A stretch of 64,000 nucleotides of DNA from a virus, in IMG/VR virus record IMGVR_UViG_3300045988_114753; one strand, 5' to 3'. Of this stretch, positions 55,712-63,606 are shown one piece after another. Both the position numbers and the translations under genes were made by a program. The notes beneath the pieces are model-generated. The model was not told the origin of the DNA. It did no database searches and saw only the letters and a list, made by a program, of their open reading frames with translations. Within the stretch, counting starts at the first letter, position 1. Every line of letters starts with the position of its first letter.

Positions 55712-55954
55712 CTAATTATTTCTTTTGGCTCTTTCGTGTTGTAATATTTCCTTTTTACTTCTAGCATACATTTTATTATATTGTCTTTTGATTGCCACTC
55801 TATTTTTGGCTCTTTCATTTCTTGTTGCCTTTGCTTGTAAAAGTTTGCTATTCAAATTATGAAGTCTTAAATATATGTTAATGTCTTTTTCATTATTCAA
55901 TAAATAGTTTTCTATTTCTAGTAATAACTCTAACTCCTCATTTGATATATTCAT
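55712..55954 (-). CDS. hypothetical basic protein (C-terminal paralog of 54683)
   Basis: ARSKKEILQHERAKRNN tail. Confidence 0.6.
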   Translation of the reverse strand: MNISNEELELLLEIENYLLNNEKDINIYLRLHNLNSKLLQAKATRNERAKNRVAIKRQYNKMYARSKKEILQHERAKRNN

Positions 55955-55963
55955 AATTACCTC

Positions 55964-56176
55964 CTAATTGATTTTATCGTCTTTAGTCCACCAATCAATA
56001 CTATAACCCATTCCGTGGTCGTAGTTAATGGCTACTATATCGTCGTCATTTAATTCCTTTAATTCTTCTAATAAGTCCTCATATTCTTCTATATCTGCTC
56101 CAGTTGTATTGAAATATTCTATAATTTTCTTAACTTCCCCTAAACACATTTCGCCGTTATCATATATTTCTTGCAT
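55964..56176 (-). CDS. hypothetical acidic protein
   Basis: Track ORF. Confidence 0.6.
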   Translation of the reverse strand: MQEIYDNGEMCLGEVKKIIEYFNTTGADIEEYEDLLEELKELNDDDIVAINYDHGMGYSIDWWTKDDKIN

Positions 56177-56178
56177 TG

Positions 56179-56463
56179 TTATTTTTCCTCCTTAATAACC
56201 TTATTTTGCATATATTCGCCACCATTTCCACTCACTATGTTAATAAGTCCTATATCTCTTAAAAGATTTTCCTTATTTTTAGTGTAAATATCAAATATAC
56301 TTCCCTCAATTTCTCCTCGTTCACAACAATCATTTACATAATTTAAAGTTAAAACATTGTTATATCTTTCTTTTAATTCACTAGGAATAAATGGCTTTAA
56401 ATATTCTAAACCTAGTAAATCGCCTTGACTTATTAATTCATTAAACTTTGCTATATCAAACAT
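56179..56463 (-). CDS. hypothetical protein
   Basis: ATG 56463 after AGGAGGT. Confidence 0.6.
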   Translation of the reverse strand: MFDIAKFNELISQGDLLGLEYLKPFIPSELKERYNNVLTLNYVNDCCERGEIEGSIFDIYTKNKENLLRDIGLINIVSGNGGEYMQNKVIKEEK

Positions 56464-56474
56464 ATTATTACCTC

Positions 56475-57008
56475 CTAATTCCATTTTACAAAAGCAAACA
56501 CTTGTTCTCCTCTATATATTGCATATTTTCCGTGTAGTGTTATTGCTATATTATTGCCACAATCATAGTCATAAATGTTAAAGTCGCCCTCAATAGTTGT
56601 TAAGAAGTCCAAACAACTTAAATGCTCGTTATTTTCTAATATATAAACATAATTAGTGCCGTCCCCGTAAAGATTACCTATATTATACTTAAAATCGCTC
56701 GTTCCTACGGCTAAACTTCCTATGTCGCTTTCAGTTGTAAAGTATTTATCGGCTTTACTTCCTAAATATTCTAAAACTAATCTATCATAAAGTTGTATAT
56801 CTTCTTTTGCTAATTCCCAATAACCTTGATTATCTTTTAGTCGCTTGTCGTTAAGAACTAAATCTTTAAACTCATTTATAGTTTTTGCCTTGTTCCAATA
56901 ATCTTTTATGATTGCTATACTCCCCTTATAATCGTATATGCTCTCATTATTTAAACATCTTTTTGTAAAGTCTTTTATTTTCTTTGTTTCTAAAAATTGT
57001 TTTTCCAT
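56475..57008 (-). CDS. hypothetical protein
   Basis: Track ORF. Confidence 0.6.
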   Translation of the reverse strand: MEKQFLETKKIKDFTKRCLNNESIYDYKGSIAIIKDYWNKAKTINEFKDLVLNDKRLKDNQGYWELAKEDIQLYDRLVLEYLGSKADKYFTTESDIGSLAVGTSDFKYNIGNLYGDGTNYVYILENNEHLSCLDFLTTIEGDFNIYDYDCGNNIAITLHGKYAIYRGEQVFAFVKWN

Positions 57009-57020
57009 AATTACACCACC

Positions 57021-57389
57021 TTAATATATAAATTTTATTGTATAATCTTCATTTAAGAAGTCAAAATATTCTTTTTCTAGTGTTATATCTCCAATTTCAA
57101 AATTACACTCTAAACAAGCAACTTCCCTATAATCTAGTTCGGTTTTTCCTTTTTTCCATATAACTATGTTATCATAATAGTTACTAGTGCCACTTGCTAT
57201 GTCTATTGTTAATACATAGTCTTTGTTAATATCTATTGAAAATAAACCAATATTATCGTCTTGTCGTGCATTTAATTCTTTAATTAGTTTTTGCATTTCT
57301 AAACTATCGTCGTCAAAATTAATATCTTGTAATAATCTATTAATATAATCAATATATTTTTTATCTGCTTTTATTTCTATCGTTTTCAT
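57021..57389 (-). CDS. hypothetical protein
   Basis: Track ORF. Confidence 0.6.
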   Translation of the reverse strand: MKTIEIKADKKYIDYINRLLQDINFDDDSLEMQKLIKELNARQDDNIGLFSIDINKDYVLTIDIASGTSNYYDNIVIWKKGKTELDYREVACLECNFEIGDITLEKEYFDFLNEDYTIKFIY

Positions 57390-57391
57390 AT

Positions 57392-57694
57392 TTACACCTC
57401 GTTATCTATCTTATACTCTTTTAATTCTTTTGTTATAATATTGTCTAAATATTTATTTAAAAAGTTTATATTAAGTGTTTTTGATATACTTCCAAAACCA
57501 TACCAATTACTATATAAGAATATTAAATATTGTTTATCATATTTTTCTATTACCATATCTTTTATAACTTGTTTATCTTTTTCCTTAAGGATTTCTATTA
57601 TGGCTCTAATATAACCATTTAAAGATAGTTTTAATTCAATAGACTTGTTATAGTCAATTTTTTCTACTTGATAAAATGCTTTTAAAATATTCAT
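57392..57694 (-). CDS. hypothetical protein
   Basis: Track ORF. Confidence 0.6.
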   Translation of the reverse strand: MNILKAFYQVEKIDYNKSIELKLSLNGYIRAIIEILKEKDKQVIKDMVIEKYDKQYLIFLYSNWYGFGSISKTLNINFLNKYLDNIITKELKEYKIDNEV

Positions 57695-57706
57695 ATTTAC
57701 ACCTCA

Positions 57707-58078
57707 TTAGTCAAAGTTTCTAGTGCTTATTCTTTCCTTAATTTCCATTAAGTCTTTTATATATTCTTTTTGCTCCCACTCTTTAATAACTTCTGCTTTT
57801 TTATTGGCTAGTAGTCTTGATATGCCGTTATCTTCCTTGTATTCTGTTATGTAAGATTTTTGATTGCTTTCTAAAATATTTGCTAGTAGTTGTCGCATAC
57901 AAGTTTGATAAGTGTAGCACTCCCAAGTTCTATTATAATACCTAACTTTATGGCTTTCTACTTCGCCCCAAGGTGCAATTAATGTGCTTTTATGTCCCCA
58001 AGAGTTGCTAGTTTCCCAATATTCATTTACTATATTATATTCATTTCCACTTTTACATTTAATTTTTTTTATTTCCAT
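57707..58078 (-). CDS. hypothetical protein
   Basis: Track ORF; follows P6. Confidence 0.6.
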   Translation of the reverse strand: MEIKKIKCKSGNEYNIVNEYWETSNSWGHKSTLIAPWGEVESHKVRYYNRTWECYTYQTCMRQLLANILESNQKSYITEYKEDNGISRLLANKKAEVIKEWEQKEYIKDLMEIKERISTRNFD

Positions 58079-58086
58079 AATTTTTT

Positions 58087-58138
58087 CCTCCTCTTTACAC
58101 CTATATTATATCATAAGTTTTCCAAATACGGGAAGTAA
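58087..58138 (-). promoter_or_regulatory. early promoter-leader repeat P6 (variant TTACTTCCCGTA)
   Basis: TTACTTCCCGTA, N16, TATAAT, ATAGGTGTAAAGAGGAGG. Confidence 0.55.
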
Positions 58139-58139
58139 A

Positions 58140-58391
58140 TTAATTTTTCCCTTGTTTTAGTTTGTCGTTTATTTCCATTTCTGCTCTTTTGTATAGTTCG
58201 TCTAGGTCGTTATAGTCTATGCTATTATGATATAAGTCAATATCTTTTTGTCCTAACATACTAATATATAAGTGGTCGTCATATAGTCCGTAAGTGTCGC
58301 TACAATCAGCACAAGTCCACCCAATATCTGCATTATATTTTAGTAATAAGTCCTTAAATTCTTTTAAAAATTCTTTTTGTTTTACTGTCAT
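58140..58391 (-). CDS. hypothetical protein
   Basis: GGAGGTG RBS. Confidence 0.6.
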   Translation of the reverse strand: MTVKQKEFLKEFKDLLLKYNADIGWTCADCSDTYGLYDDHLYISMLGQKDIDLYHNSIDYNDLDELYKRAEMEINDKLKQGKN

Positions 58392-58402
58392 ATTGACACC
58401 TC

Positions 58403-58576
58403 CTAAAATAATTTTTCGCCGTCTATTTCCAAATCTAGGTCATATTGTAGGTTGCTTGTTATAGTTGCCTTAATATAATCTATAAAGTCCTCTAGGCTAT
58501 TAATTCCTAATTCTTCCCTCGTATCTGCTCCTATCTCGTCATAAAGTTGTGTTATATATTCCTTATTTAAAGTCAT
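58403..58576 (-). CDS. 57-aa hypothetical acidic protein (below track cut-off)
   Basis: GGAGGGAAAAATT-ATG. Translates to MTLNKEYITQLYDEIGADTREE... Confidence 0.5.
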   Translation of the reverse strand: MTLNKEYITQLYDEIGADTREELGINSLEDFIDYIKATITSNLQYDLDLEIDGEKLF

Positions 58577-58642
58577 AATTTTTCCCTCCTAACTTTCAAT
58601 AAACATTACAAGGTCTACTCCGTCCTTGAAGTTTTGGCTTTC

Positions 58643-58768
58643 TTATTCCGTCATAACTTCGTCGTACTCGTCCTCGTCTAATTCCATTAAATCTCTATAT
58701 AATCTACCATAAAGTCCTTGACTACTTGCTAAACTCTTGATTGTTTCCATAATTTCTTCTCTTTTCAT
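58643..58768 (-). CDS. 41-aa hypothetical acidic protein (below track cut-off)
   Basis: AGAGGTAAAATT-ATG. Translates to MKREEIMETIKSLASSQGLYGRLYRDLMELDEDEYDEVMTE. Confidence 0.45.
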   Translation of the reverse strand: MKREEIMETIKSLASSQGLYGRLYRDLMELDEDEYDEVMTE

Positions 58769-58786
58769 AATTTTACCTCTTTTCCT

Positions 58787-59215
58787 TTATTTTAATTTTT
58801 CCTTTACTAATTCTAAATGATTTTCGTGTATGTTTCCTTGTTCTAGGTCTTCTAAAAGTGCCTTGTGTAGATTTCCCACATACTTTTTAAATGTTGTTAT
58901 AATCTTGTCTTCGTCGCCTTGTGTCTTTCTAAAAGCAACTTTTTTGCTTTCATATACTAAATATTTATTAGTAGGTTTTACAAGGTATCTGCTATTCTCA
59001 TTTTCTATTATGTAGTTATTTTCTGCCGTTTTTGTTATTTTAAATAATATACTAAACATATCATTGCAAAAATAACCATTGATTTCTTCTTGCTCGTTTT
59101 GTGCTAGAAATAATTGTACCCATAAAACATTATCTCCACTAAAACTATTTTTCATTATTGCTATTTTACTATTTTTAAATACTTCTTTATATGCTAATTC
59201 TAATTTACTTTCCAT
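58787..59215 (-). CDS. hypothetical protein
   Basis: Track ORF. Confidence 0.6.
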   Translation of the reverse strand: MESKLELAYKEVFKNSKIAIMKNSFSGDNVLWVQLFLAQNEQEEINGYFCNDMFSILFKITKTAENNYIIENENSRYLVKPTNKYLVYESKKVAFRKTQGDEDKIITTFKKYVGNLHKALLEDLEQGNIHENHLELVKEKLK

Positions 59216-59226
59216 ATTTTTTCCTC

Positions 59227-59499
59227 CTATTCGCTCGTTATCTTATTAAATGCACGGTTATATATTGTAGTAGCTTTTTCAACTCCTAAACTCTCTATAA
59301 TGTCCTTGTAATTTTCAAATATAAACCCCTTGAAATAACCATAATATAAACAATCATAACATATCATATAAAAGTCTTGTTCTAATCTTTCCATAATAAC
59401 TCCTCCGTTCTTTCTCACGGCTCGTGTTATGGCTCTTGTTTCCATAAACACGGCTCGTGATTTCTTTCCGTCGTTTTCAAAAACCTTATAATGTGTCAT
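59227..59499 (-). CDS. hypothetical protein
   Basis: Track ORF. Confidence 0.6.
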   Translation of the reverse strand: MTHYKVFENDGKKSRAVFMETRAITRAVRKNGGVIMERLEQDFYMICYDCLYYGYFKGFIFENYKDIIESLGVEKATTIYNRAFNKITSE

Positions 59500-59561
59500 T
59501 TCTTTCCATAATATGCTTTTTACAAAGCATATAGTCCGTGATTTCTTTCCATTAAGGCTTG

Positions 59562-59846
59562 TTATTCTTCAGTTAAACCAAATCTAACCTCGTCCAAATC
59601 AACCCTATTAAAATTGATTTTATCCCCATAATGAAAATCTTTTAAAATGCCATATAACTCTAAATCACTCAAATCTTTTAACTTGTGCGTGTTATTGACA
59701 ATTCTAGTTATGCCCTCGTAGTTGTTTTGGTCGTTATTCAACCATAACATAACCAACCAAGTATCTCTATTACACCACCCGTTATAGTCCTCAAATGCTA
59801 ATTTATATTTTTTTGCATAGTTTGTTTTATATTCTTTATTATTCAT
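59562..59846 (-). CDS. hypothetical protein
   Basis: Track ORF. Confidence 0.6.
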   Translation of the reverse strand: MNNKEYKTNYAKKYKLAFEDYNGWCNRDTWLVMLWLNNDQNNYEGITRIVNNTHKLKDLSDLELYGILKDFHYGDKINFNRVDLDEVRFGLTEE

Positions 59847-59847
59847 A

Positions 59848-60096
59848 TTATAATACCTCCAATTTTTTATAATTATATTTTACACCATTTATTAATTCAT
59901 AGGCTAGTCGCTCGTTAATAATTGTATAATCATATTGTAAAGTTTTAATCATATCTCTAATACATAATGAGTTATTAATGATAAGATTAATATCGTCATA
60001 CAACCCAGTTGTTATATAAAGTTTTTTCTTCTTTTCACTATAATACCAATTAAGATTATTTTCTAGCATATAATTTTTTATTTCTTCTTTATTCAT
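59848..60096 (-). CDS. hypothetical protein (first gene of the - strand early block)
   Basis: Track ORF; follows P7. Confidence 0.6.
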   Translation of the reverse strand: MNKEEIKNYMLENNLNWYYSEKKKKLYITTGLYDDINLIINNSLCIRDMIKTLQYDYTIINERLAYELINGVKYNYKKLEVL

Positions 60097-60104
60097 AGTA
60101 ATCT

Positions 60105-60155
60105 CTCCTCTTTACACTTATATTATACCATAACTTTTTTAAACTAGGGAAGTAA
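60105..60155 (-). promoter_or_regulatory. early promoter-leader repeat P7
   Basis: TTACTTCCCTAG, N16, TATAAT, ATAAGTGTAAAGAGGAGAG. Confidence 0.6.
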
Positions 60156-60214
60156 ATTGTATTTTTTACAACTTTTTTTTGCAACTTTTTGCACTCTCTA
60201 GTTGTATTATTCCC

Positions 60215-60260
60215 TTTGTTAATTATATTATACCACAAGTTTTGCGAAGTAGGGAAGTAA
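60215..60260 (-). promoter_or_regulatory. early promoter repeat P8 (no ORF before P7)
   Basis: TTACTTCCCTAC, N16, TATAAT. Confidence 0.5.
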
Positions 60261-60261
60261 A

Positions 60262-60420
60262 TTGACTTTTCCCCGTTCTTTTTTGTTCGCCGTGTTATAT
60301 GTTCGCCCCGTTCTTCCTCGGCTCGGCTGTTATAGATAGACTTCTACACCTCGCCCCGTGTTAGGAATACACCCGAACACTTGTTCGCACGAACACCCGT
60401 TCGCCTTGTTCGCTTTTAGT
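60262..60420. repeat. GC-rich iteron cluster (GGCGAAC/GTTCGCC direct and inverted copies)
   Basis: At least 6 copies of GTTCGC(C), including the palindromes GTTCGtgCGAAC and CGAACacttGTTCG, inside an otherwise AT-rich intergenic region. Confidence 0.6.
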
Positions 60421-60484
60421 ATCATATCATTATTATTATATACTATTTTTATTTTAATATACATTTTTTTGACACCTCCTAAAA

Positions 60485-60530
60485 GTTACAATATAATTAT
60501 ATCATAAGTTTAGAAAAGCAGGGAAGTAAA
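60485..60530 (-). promoter_or_regulatory. early promoter repeat P9 (variant TTACTTCCCTGC)
   Basis: TTACTTCCCTGC, N17, TATAAT, then AGGAGG leader. Confidence 0.5.
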
Positions 60531-60619
60531 GGGGGCTTTTTTATTCCTATATAATAAGGAAAAGGAAAAGGCTTTTTTTGTAAAATTGTAAACTTTTTTA
60601 ATAAATTGTAAAAAAGGGG

Positions 60620-60648
60620 TTGTAATTTACTTTTTTTAGTGGTATAAT
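60620..60648 (+). promoter_or_regulatory. sigma-A-like promoter (divergent from the early block)
   Basis: TTGTAA, 17 nt, TGgTATAAT. Confidence 0.5.
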
Positions 60649-60690
60649 TAAAGAGTAGTAAGGGAAAGACTACAAAAGAAAATAACGGAG

Positions 60691-60921
60691 GTGGAAAAAA
60701 TGAAAAAAAGAAAAGTCCTAAAAAATTATATATCATTTATATTATACTTTATTAATACGGCTTTAATAATGCTTGATATAATGCTATTAGCAGAGTTAAA
60801 CACTTGCATTTTATTTTATAGTATATCTATTAATATAGTGATTTTAAATACTTATATAATACATAATTTTAGCAGTAGGGCTTTTAATAATGAATATATG
60901 TATATATTCAAAGAGAATTAA
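60691..60921 (+). CDS. small membrane protein
   Basis: GGAGGTGG RBS; two hydrophobic helices. Confidence 0.6.
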   Translation: MEKMKKRKVLKNYISFILYFINTALIMLDIMLLAELNTCILFYSISINIVILNTYIIHNFSSRAFNNEYMYIFKEN

Positions 60922-60986
60922 AAGCAAGTATAAAAGAATAAAAACGGGGTAAAATAATAATAAGAAAATAAAGGAGATATAAAAAA

Positions 60987-61568
60987 ATGGAATTAAAAGA
61001 CATTAAAAGAATAATAGAAAATAAGGGGGAAACATTAACAAAGGAACTAAAAAAAGCAGAACTAAAAAGGGGTTATATGGTAAGTTTAGAGGGTACGGAA
61101 ACACAAACAAAAGGCGACGACTACCAAGCAATTATAAAAGCAATAGAGGAAAAACAAGCAATCATAAAAGATAAAAATAATATGTATATAGGTTTATGGC
61201 TTGATAGTAATATTATGTATATTGATATTAGTGTTAATATAATTGATAAGGTGGAGGCTTTAGAGTTTGGGAAGTATAACAAACAATTAGCAATTTACGA
61301 CCTAAAAAATAATGATAGTATATATTTAAAAGATTATAATTTTATAAAATATTATACATTATATGAAGTAATAAAAGATAGAAATAATAATATAATTGAT
61401 TATAAAATAAAAGAACAAAAAGAAAATATTAACCTATTTAAAAGCATAAAAGCGAGTGCTAAAACTTTATTAAATGCAACATATAATAGCATAGATAATA
61501 TAAAAAATGATAGTAGATTAATTAATAATAGATATATAATCATAAAAGATTATGATATAATTTTATAA
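60987..61568 (+). CDS. hypothetical protein
   Basis: AAAGGAGA RBS; followed by a terminator. Confidence 0.65.
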   Translation: MELKDIKRIIENKGETLTKELKKAELKRGYMVSLEGTETQTKGDDYQAIIKAIEEKQAIIKDKNNMYIGLWLDSNIMYIDISVNIIDKVEALEFGKYNKQLAIYDLKNNDSIYLKDYNFIKYYTLYEVIKDRNNNIIDYKIKEQKENINLFKSIKASAKTLLNATYNSIDNIKNDSRLINNRYIIIKDYDIIL

Positions 61569-61585
61569 GATAATTCAAGAAAAAC

Positions 61586-61607
61586 GCCCTTTTAAGGGCT
61601 TTTTTTT
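61586..61607 (+). terminator. rho-independent terminator
   Basis: GCCC-ttttaa-GGGC followed by T8. Confidence 0.6.
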
Positions 61608-61721
61608 GGTGCTTTTTTTGTTTTTAAGTATGCTTAAATATACATTTTAGCAATAAAACGGGGGTATTTTACAACGGAAAGCGAACAAGGGGCTTTTTTA
61701 TAATGTGTGCTGCTCTTTTCG

Positions 61722-61846
61722 CACATCCCCCTTAGCATTTCCCACCATCCCATCACCCACACATCCACTCCCCACACCTCACACACCATCTCCCATCTAT
61801 CACTCTCCATAATCCATCCTCACCACTTCAAACCCCGATAATACAA
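61722..61846. repeat. G-depleted C/A/T tract (111 consecutive nt without G on the + strand)
   Basis: 61736-61846 contains no G. Degenerate CCCA/CACC/CATC low-complexity pattern. Confidence 0.8.
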
Positions 61847-62601
61847 GGCTTCTCAGTTTTACCTCCTCTTTACACTCGTGGCGTACTGTCCGCACCCCTC
61901 CCCCTCGTTTACAATAATATAATTCCTAAACAAAAAAGAGGCATAGCCTCTCTGTGACGAATACGGGCTCATCACGAGCTCTTAGTAACGTGGGCAGTAT
62001 AATTACCCTCTGAGCCTTATAAAACCTCATAAAACGGCTTAAAATGCCCTCTGTGAGGGTAGTGGCAGAATGTCGGGCGGAGGTTAGTAGTAACAGACTC
62101 TTTATGTCTTAAGACATTAGTGTAGACTTTTAAAGCCTTAAGACTTATTATATATAAAGACACCTATATAGGAGTCATAATATATAGAGTCGAAGACATT
62201 TTCAAAATCTAGTCTTAAGACTTTTTATGCCTATGTTCGTCTACACCTATAAGCTGTCTACTATTGTTAGATTTTGGAAATGCTCTTCTCCTAAACGATT
62301 TCATCGTTTTGCCAATGGCTCTCTATGGTTAACACCCGCTTAGATGAAATTGCTTTAGGACTGCCTACGCTATGCTCTTTTTAGACTTCAAAATGCCTTA
62401 ATGTAACTTTTGAGCCTTAAAAAAGTTACATCGCCCTCTGCAAAGCCTTATAAATAAAGGTTAAAAAGTGCATTTCCTTAAAGATATATAGTATATAAAA
62501 AGACACCTAAAAAGGAGCCATAAAGAAACCCAGACCCTTTTTTCGTTTTGATTTTACATTTTTGCAAATTACTTTACAATTTTACATTTTTTTATGCAAC
62601 A

Positions 62602-62634
62602 AAAAAAAAGACCTTGTGTGGTCTTTATTATTTT
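62602..62634. terminator. bidirectional terminator
   Basis: A9-AGACC-ttgtgt-GGTCT-TTATTATTTT. Confidence 0.6.
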
Positions 62635-62738
62635 CGTGCAAAGTTTGTTGCTAAACGATAACGTCTTCTCTTACTAGCACTTTCTGGCGTAGCTTTAAAA
62701 GCATTCCAACATAAGGCTCCTAATAATAAATTAAACAT
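62628..62738 (-). CDS. 36-aa small protein with its own promoter and terminator
   Basis: AAAGGAGGAATGAAA-ATG. Translates to MFNLLLGALCWNAFKATPESASKRRRYRLATNFARK. Confidence 0.5.
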   Translation of the reverse strand: MFNLLLGALCWNAFKATPESASKRRRYRLATNFARK

Positions 62739-62780
62739 TTTCATTCCTCCTTTTAATTATTTTCCCCTTTGGTTAAATAT

Positions 62781-62809
62781 AGTATACCACTAACAATATA
62801 ATTTGTCAA
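62781..62809 (-). promoter_or_regulatory. sigma-A consensus promoter for the 36-aa ORF
   Basis: Minus strand TTGACA, 17 nt, TATACT. Confidence 0.55.
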
Positions 62810-62827
62810 CATTTTTTCAAAAATTCA

Positions 62828-62856
62828 TTGACATATATTATATATTATGATATTAT
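62828..62856 (+). promoter_or_regulatory. sigma-A-like promoter for the right-hand + module
   Basis: TTGACA, 17 nt, TGaTATTAT. Same -10 context as the 25243 promoter. Confidence 0.55.
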
Positions 62857-62883
62857 ATATATAAAGATAGGAGGATAAGAAAG

Positions 62884-63177
62884 ATGGAAGAGATACTGGC
62901 TGGCATACTGCAAGGCGAAGATGCAAGTTCACTATATGATAAATATATTGACTTCTTAGTAACGAGCGGATATGTTGATTACGACGGCGTTCCTCAAAAG
63001 TGCCCAATGTGTGGAAGCAAGCACCTAGTTGAGGACAATGCTGAAATTGGAGGATTTAATATACCAGAAGGATGCGTAACCGAATACGACGTGTATTGTG
63101 AAAACTGTAATAGTTTAGTGGCTCACTATGCTTATGGCAGTTGGGATTATGGGGAGGTTAATGATGAAGATTTTTAA
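62884..63177 (+). CDS. zinc-ribbon protein
   Basis: AGGAGGA RBS; CPMCGS...CENCNS. Confidence 0.65.
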   Translation: MEEILAGILQGEDASSLYDKYIDFLVTSGYVDYDGVPQKCPMCGSKHLVEDNAEIGGFNIPEGCVTEYDVYCENCNSLVAHYAYGSWDYGEVNDEDF

Positions 63178-63361
63178 GAGGCGACTTTATTGCTATTTAC
63201 TAGCCTATACTTGTAAAGGTGGCGAGGGCTGTATGACGGTGAACTTAGAACGCAAAATTAAGACGTCAGGCGACCTCAAAGAATTACAAAAATATATAGA
63301 AGATACGACCGAATGTGTAAATGTTGGTATTAAGAATTTTATATTAGTGGGTAGGTGTTAG
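63161..63361 (+). CDS. hypothetical protein
   Basis: ATG 63161 after GGGGAGG. Confidence 0.5.
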   Translation: MMKIFKRRLYCYLLAYTCKGGEGCMTVNLERKIKTSGDLKELQKYIEDTTECVNVGIKNFILVGRC

Positions 63362-63363
63362 AT

Positions 63364-63606
63364 ATGTTTGATTTAGATGAATTGTTTAGAGGCTTCTCAA
63401 ATCAAGATGAATATATTGCTAGAGATATGATGATATTAGAGTTATTAATGAAAAAAGGCTTGATAACGCAGGAAGACATTGTGGAAGAGTTTTCAGCAGA
63501 TAATTTACAAGCCTATATTAAAATAGTACAAGACCAAAAGAAAGCTGAAGCTCAAAAAAGACTTGACGAGTATGCAGAGCGAAAAAAGAAAGATGGCACT
63601 GTTTAA
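63364..63606 (+). CDS. hypothetical protein
   Basis: ATG 63364 after GGTAGGTG. Confidence 0.55.
   Translation: MFDLDELFRGFSNQDEYIARDMMILELLMKKGLITQEDIVEEFSADNLQAYIKIVQDQKKAEAQKRLDEYAERKKKDGTV

Noticed and set aside
23675-59015. Plus-strand ORFs embedded in the - strand blocks (for example 23675, 24068, 28982, 29300, 30739, 31679, 31981, 34927, 36129, 37443, 38748, 38822, 41822, 50160, 51154, 51636, 53052, 53344, 53964, 55207, 58830), and the same-strand out-of-frame ORFs 28046, 31947, 44417 and 53642.
   Set aside because: They overlap better-supported tiled genes. Their Phe/Ile/Leu/Ser-rich translations are typical of antisense frames in AT-rich DNA.
60310-60470. 43-codon ORF (- strand, AGGAGG with 10-nt spacing) running through the GGCGAAC iterons.
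   Set aside because: The coding potential appears to be a by-product of the repeats, the SD spacing is long, and the region is better explained as a protein-binding DNA array.
47373-60530. Whether the nine regularly recurring ~55-bp repeats could be a CRISPR array.
   Set aside because: The 'spacers' are 0.1-3 kb and consist of SD-led protein genes. The repeats contain -10 boxes and SDs, so they are promoter-leader units rather than CRISPR repeats.
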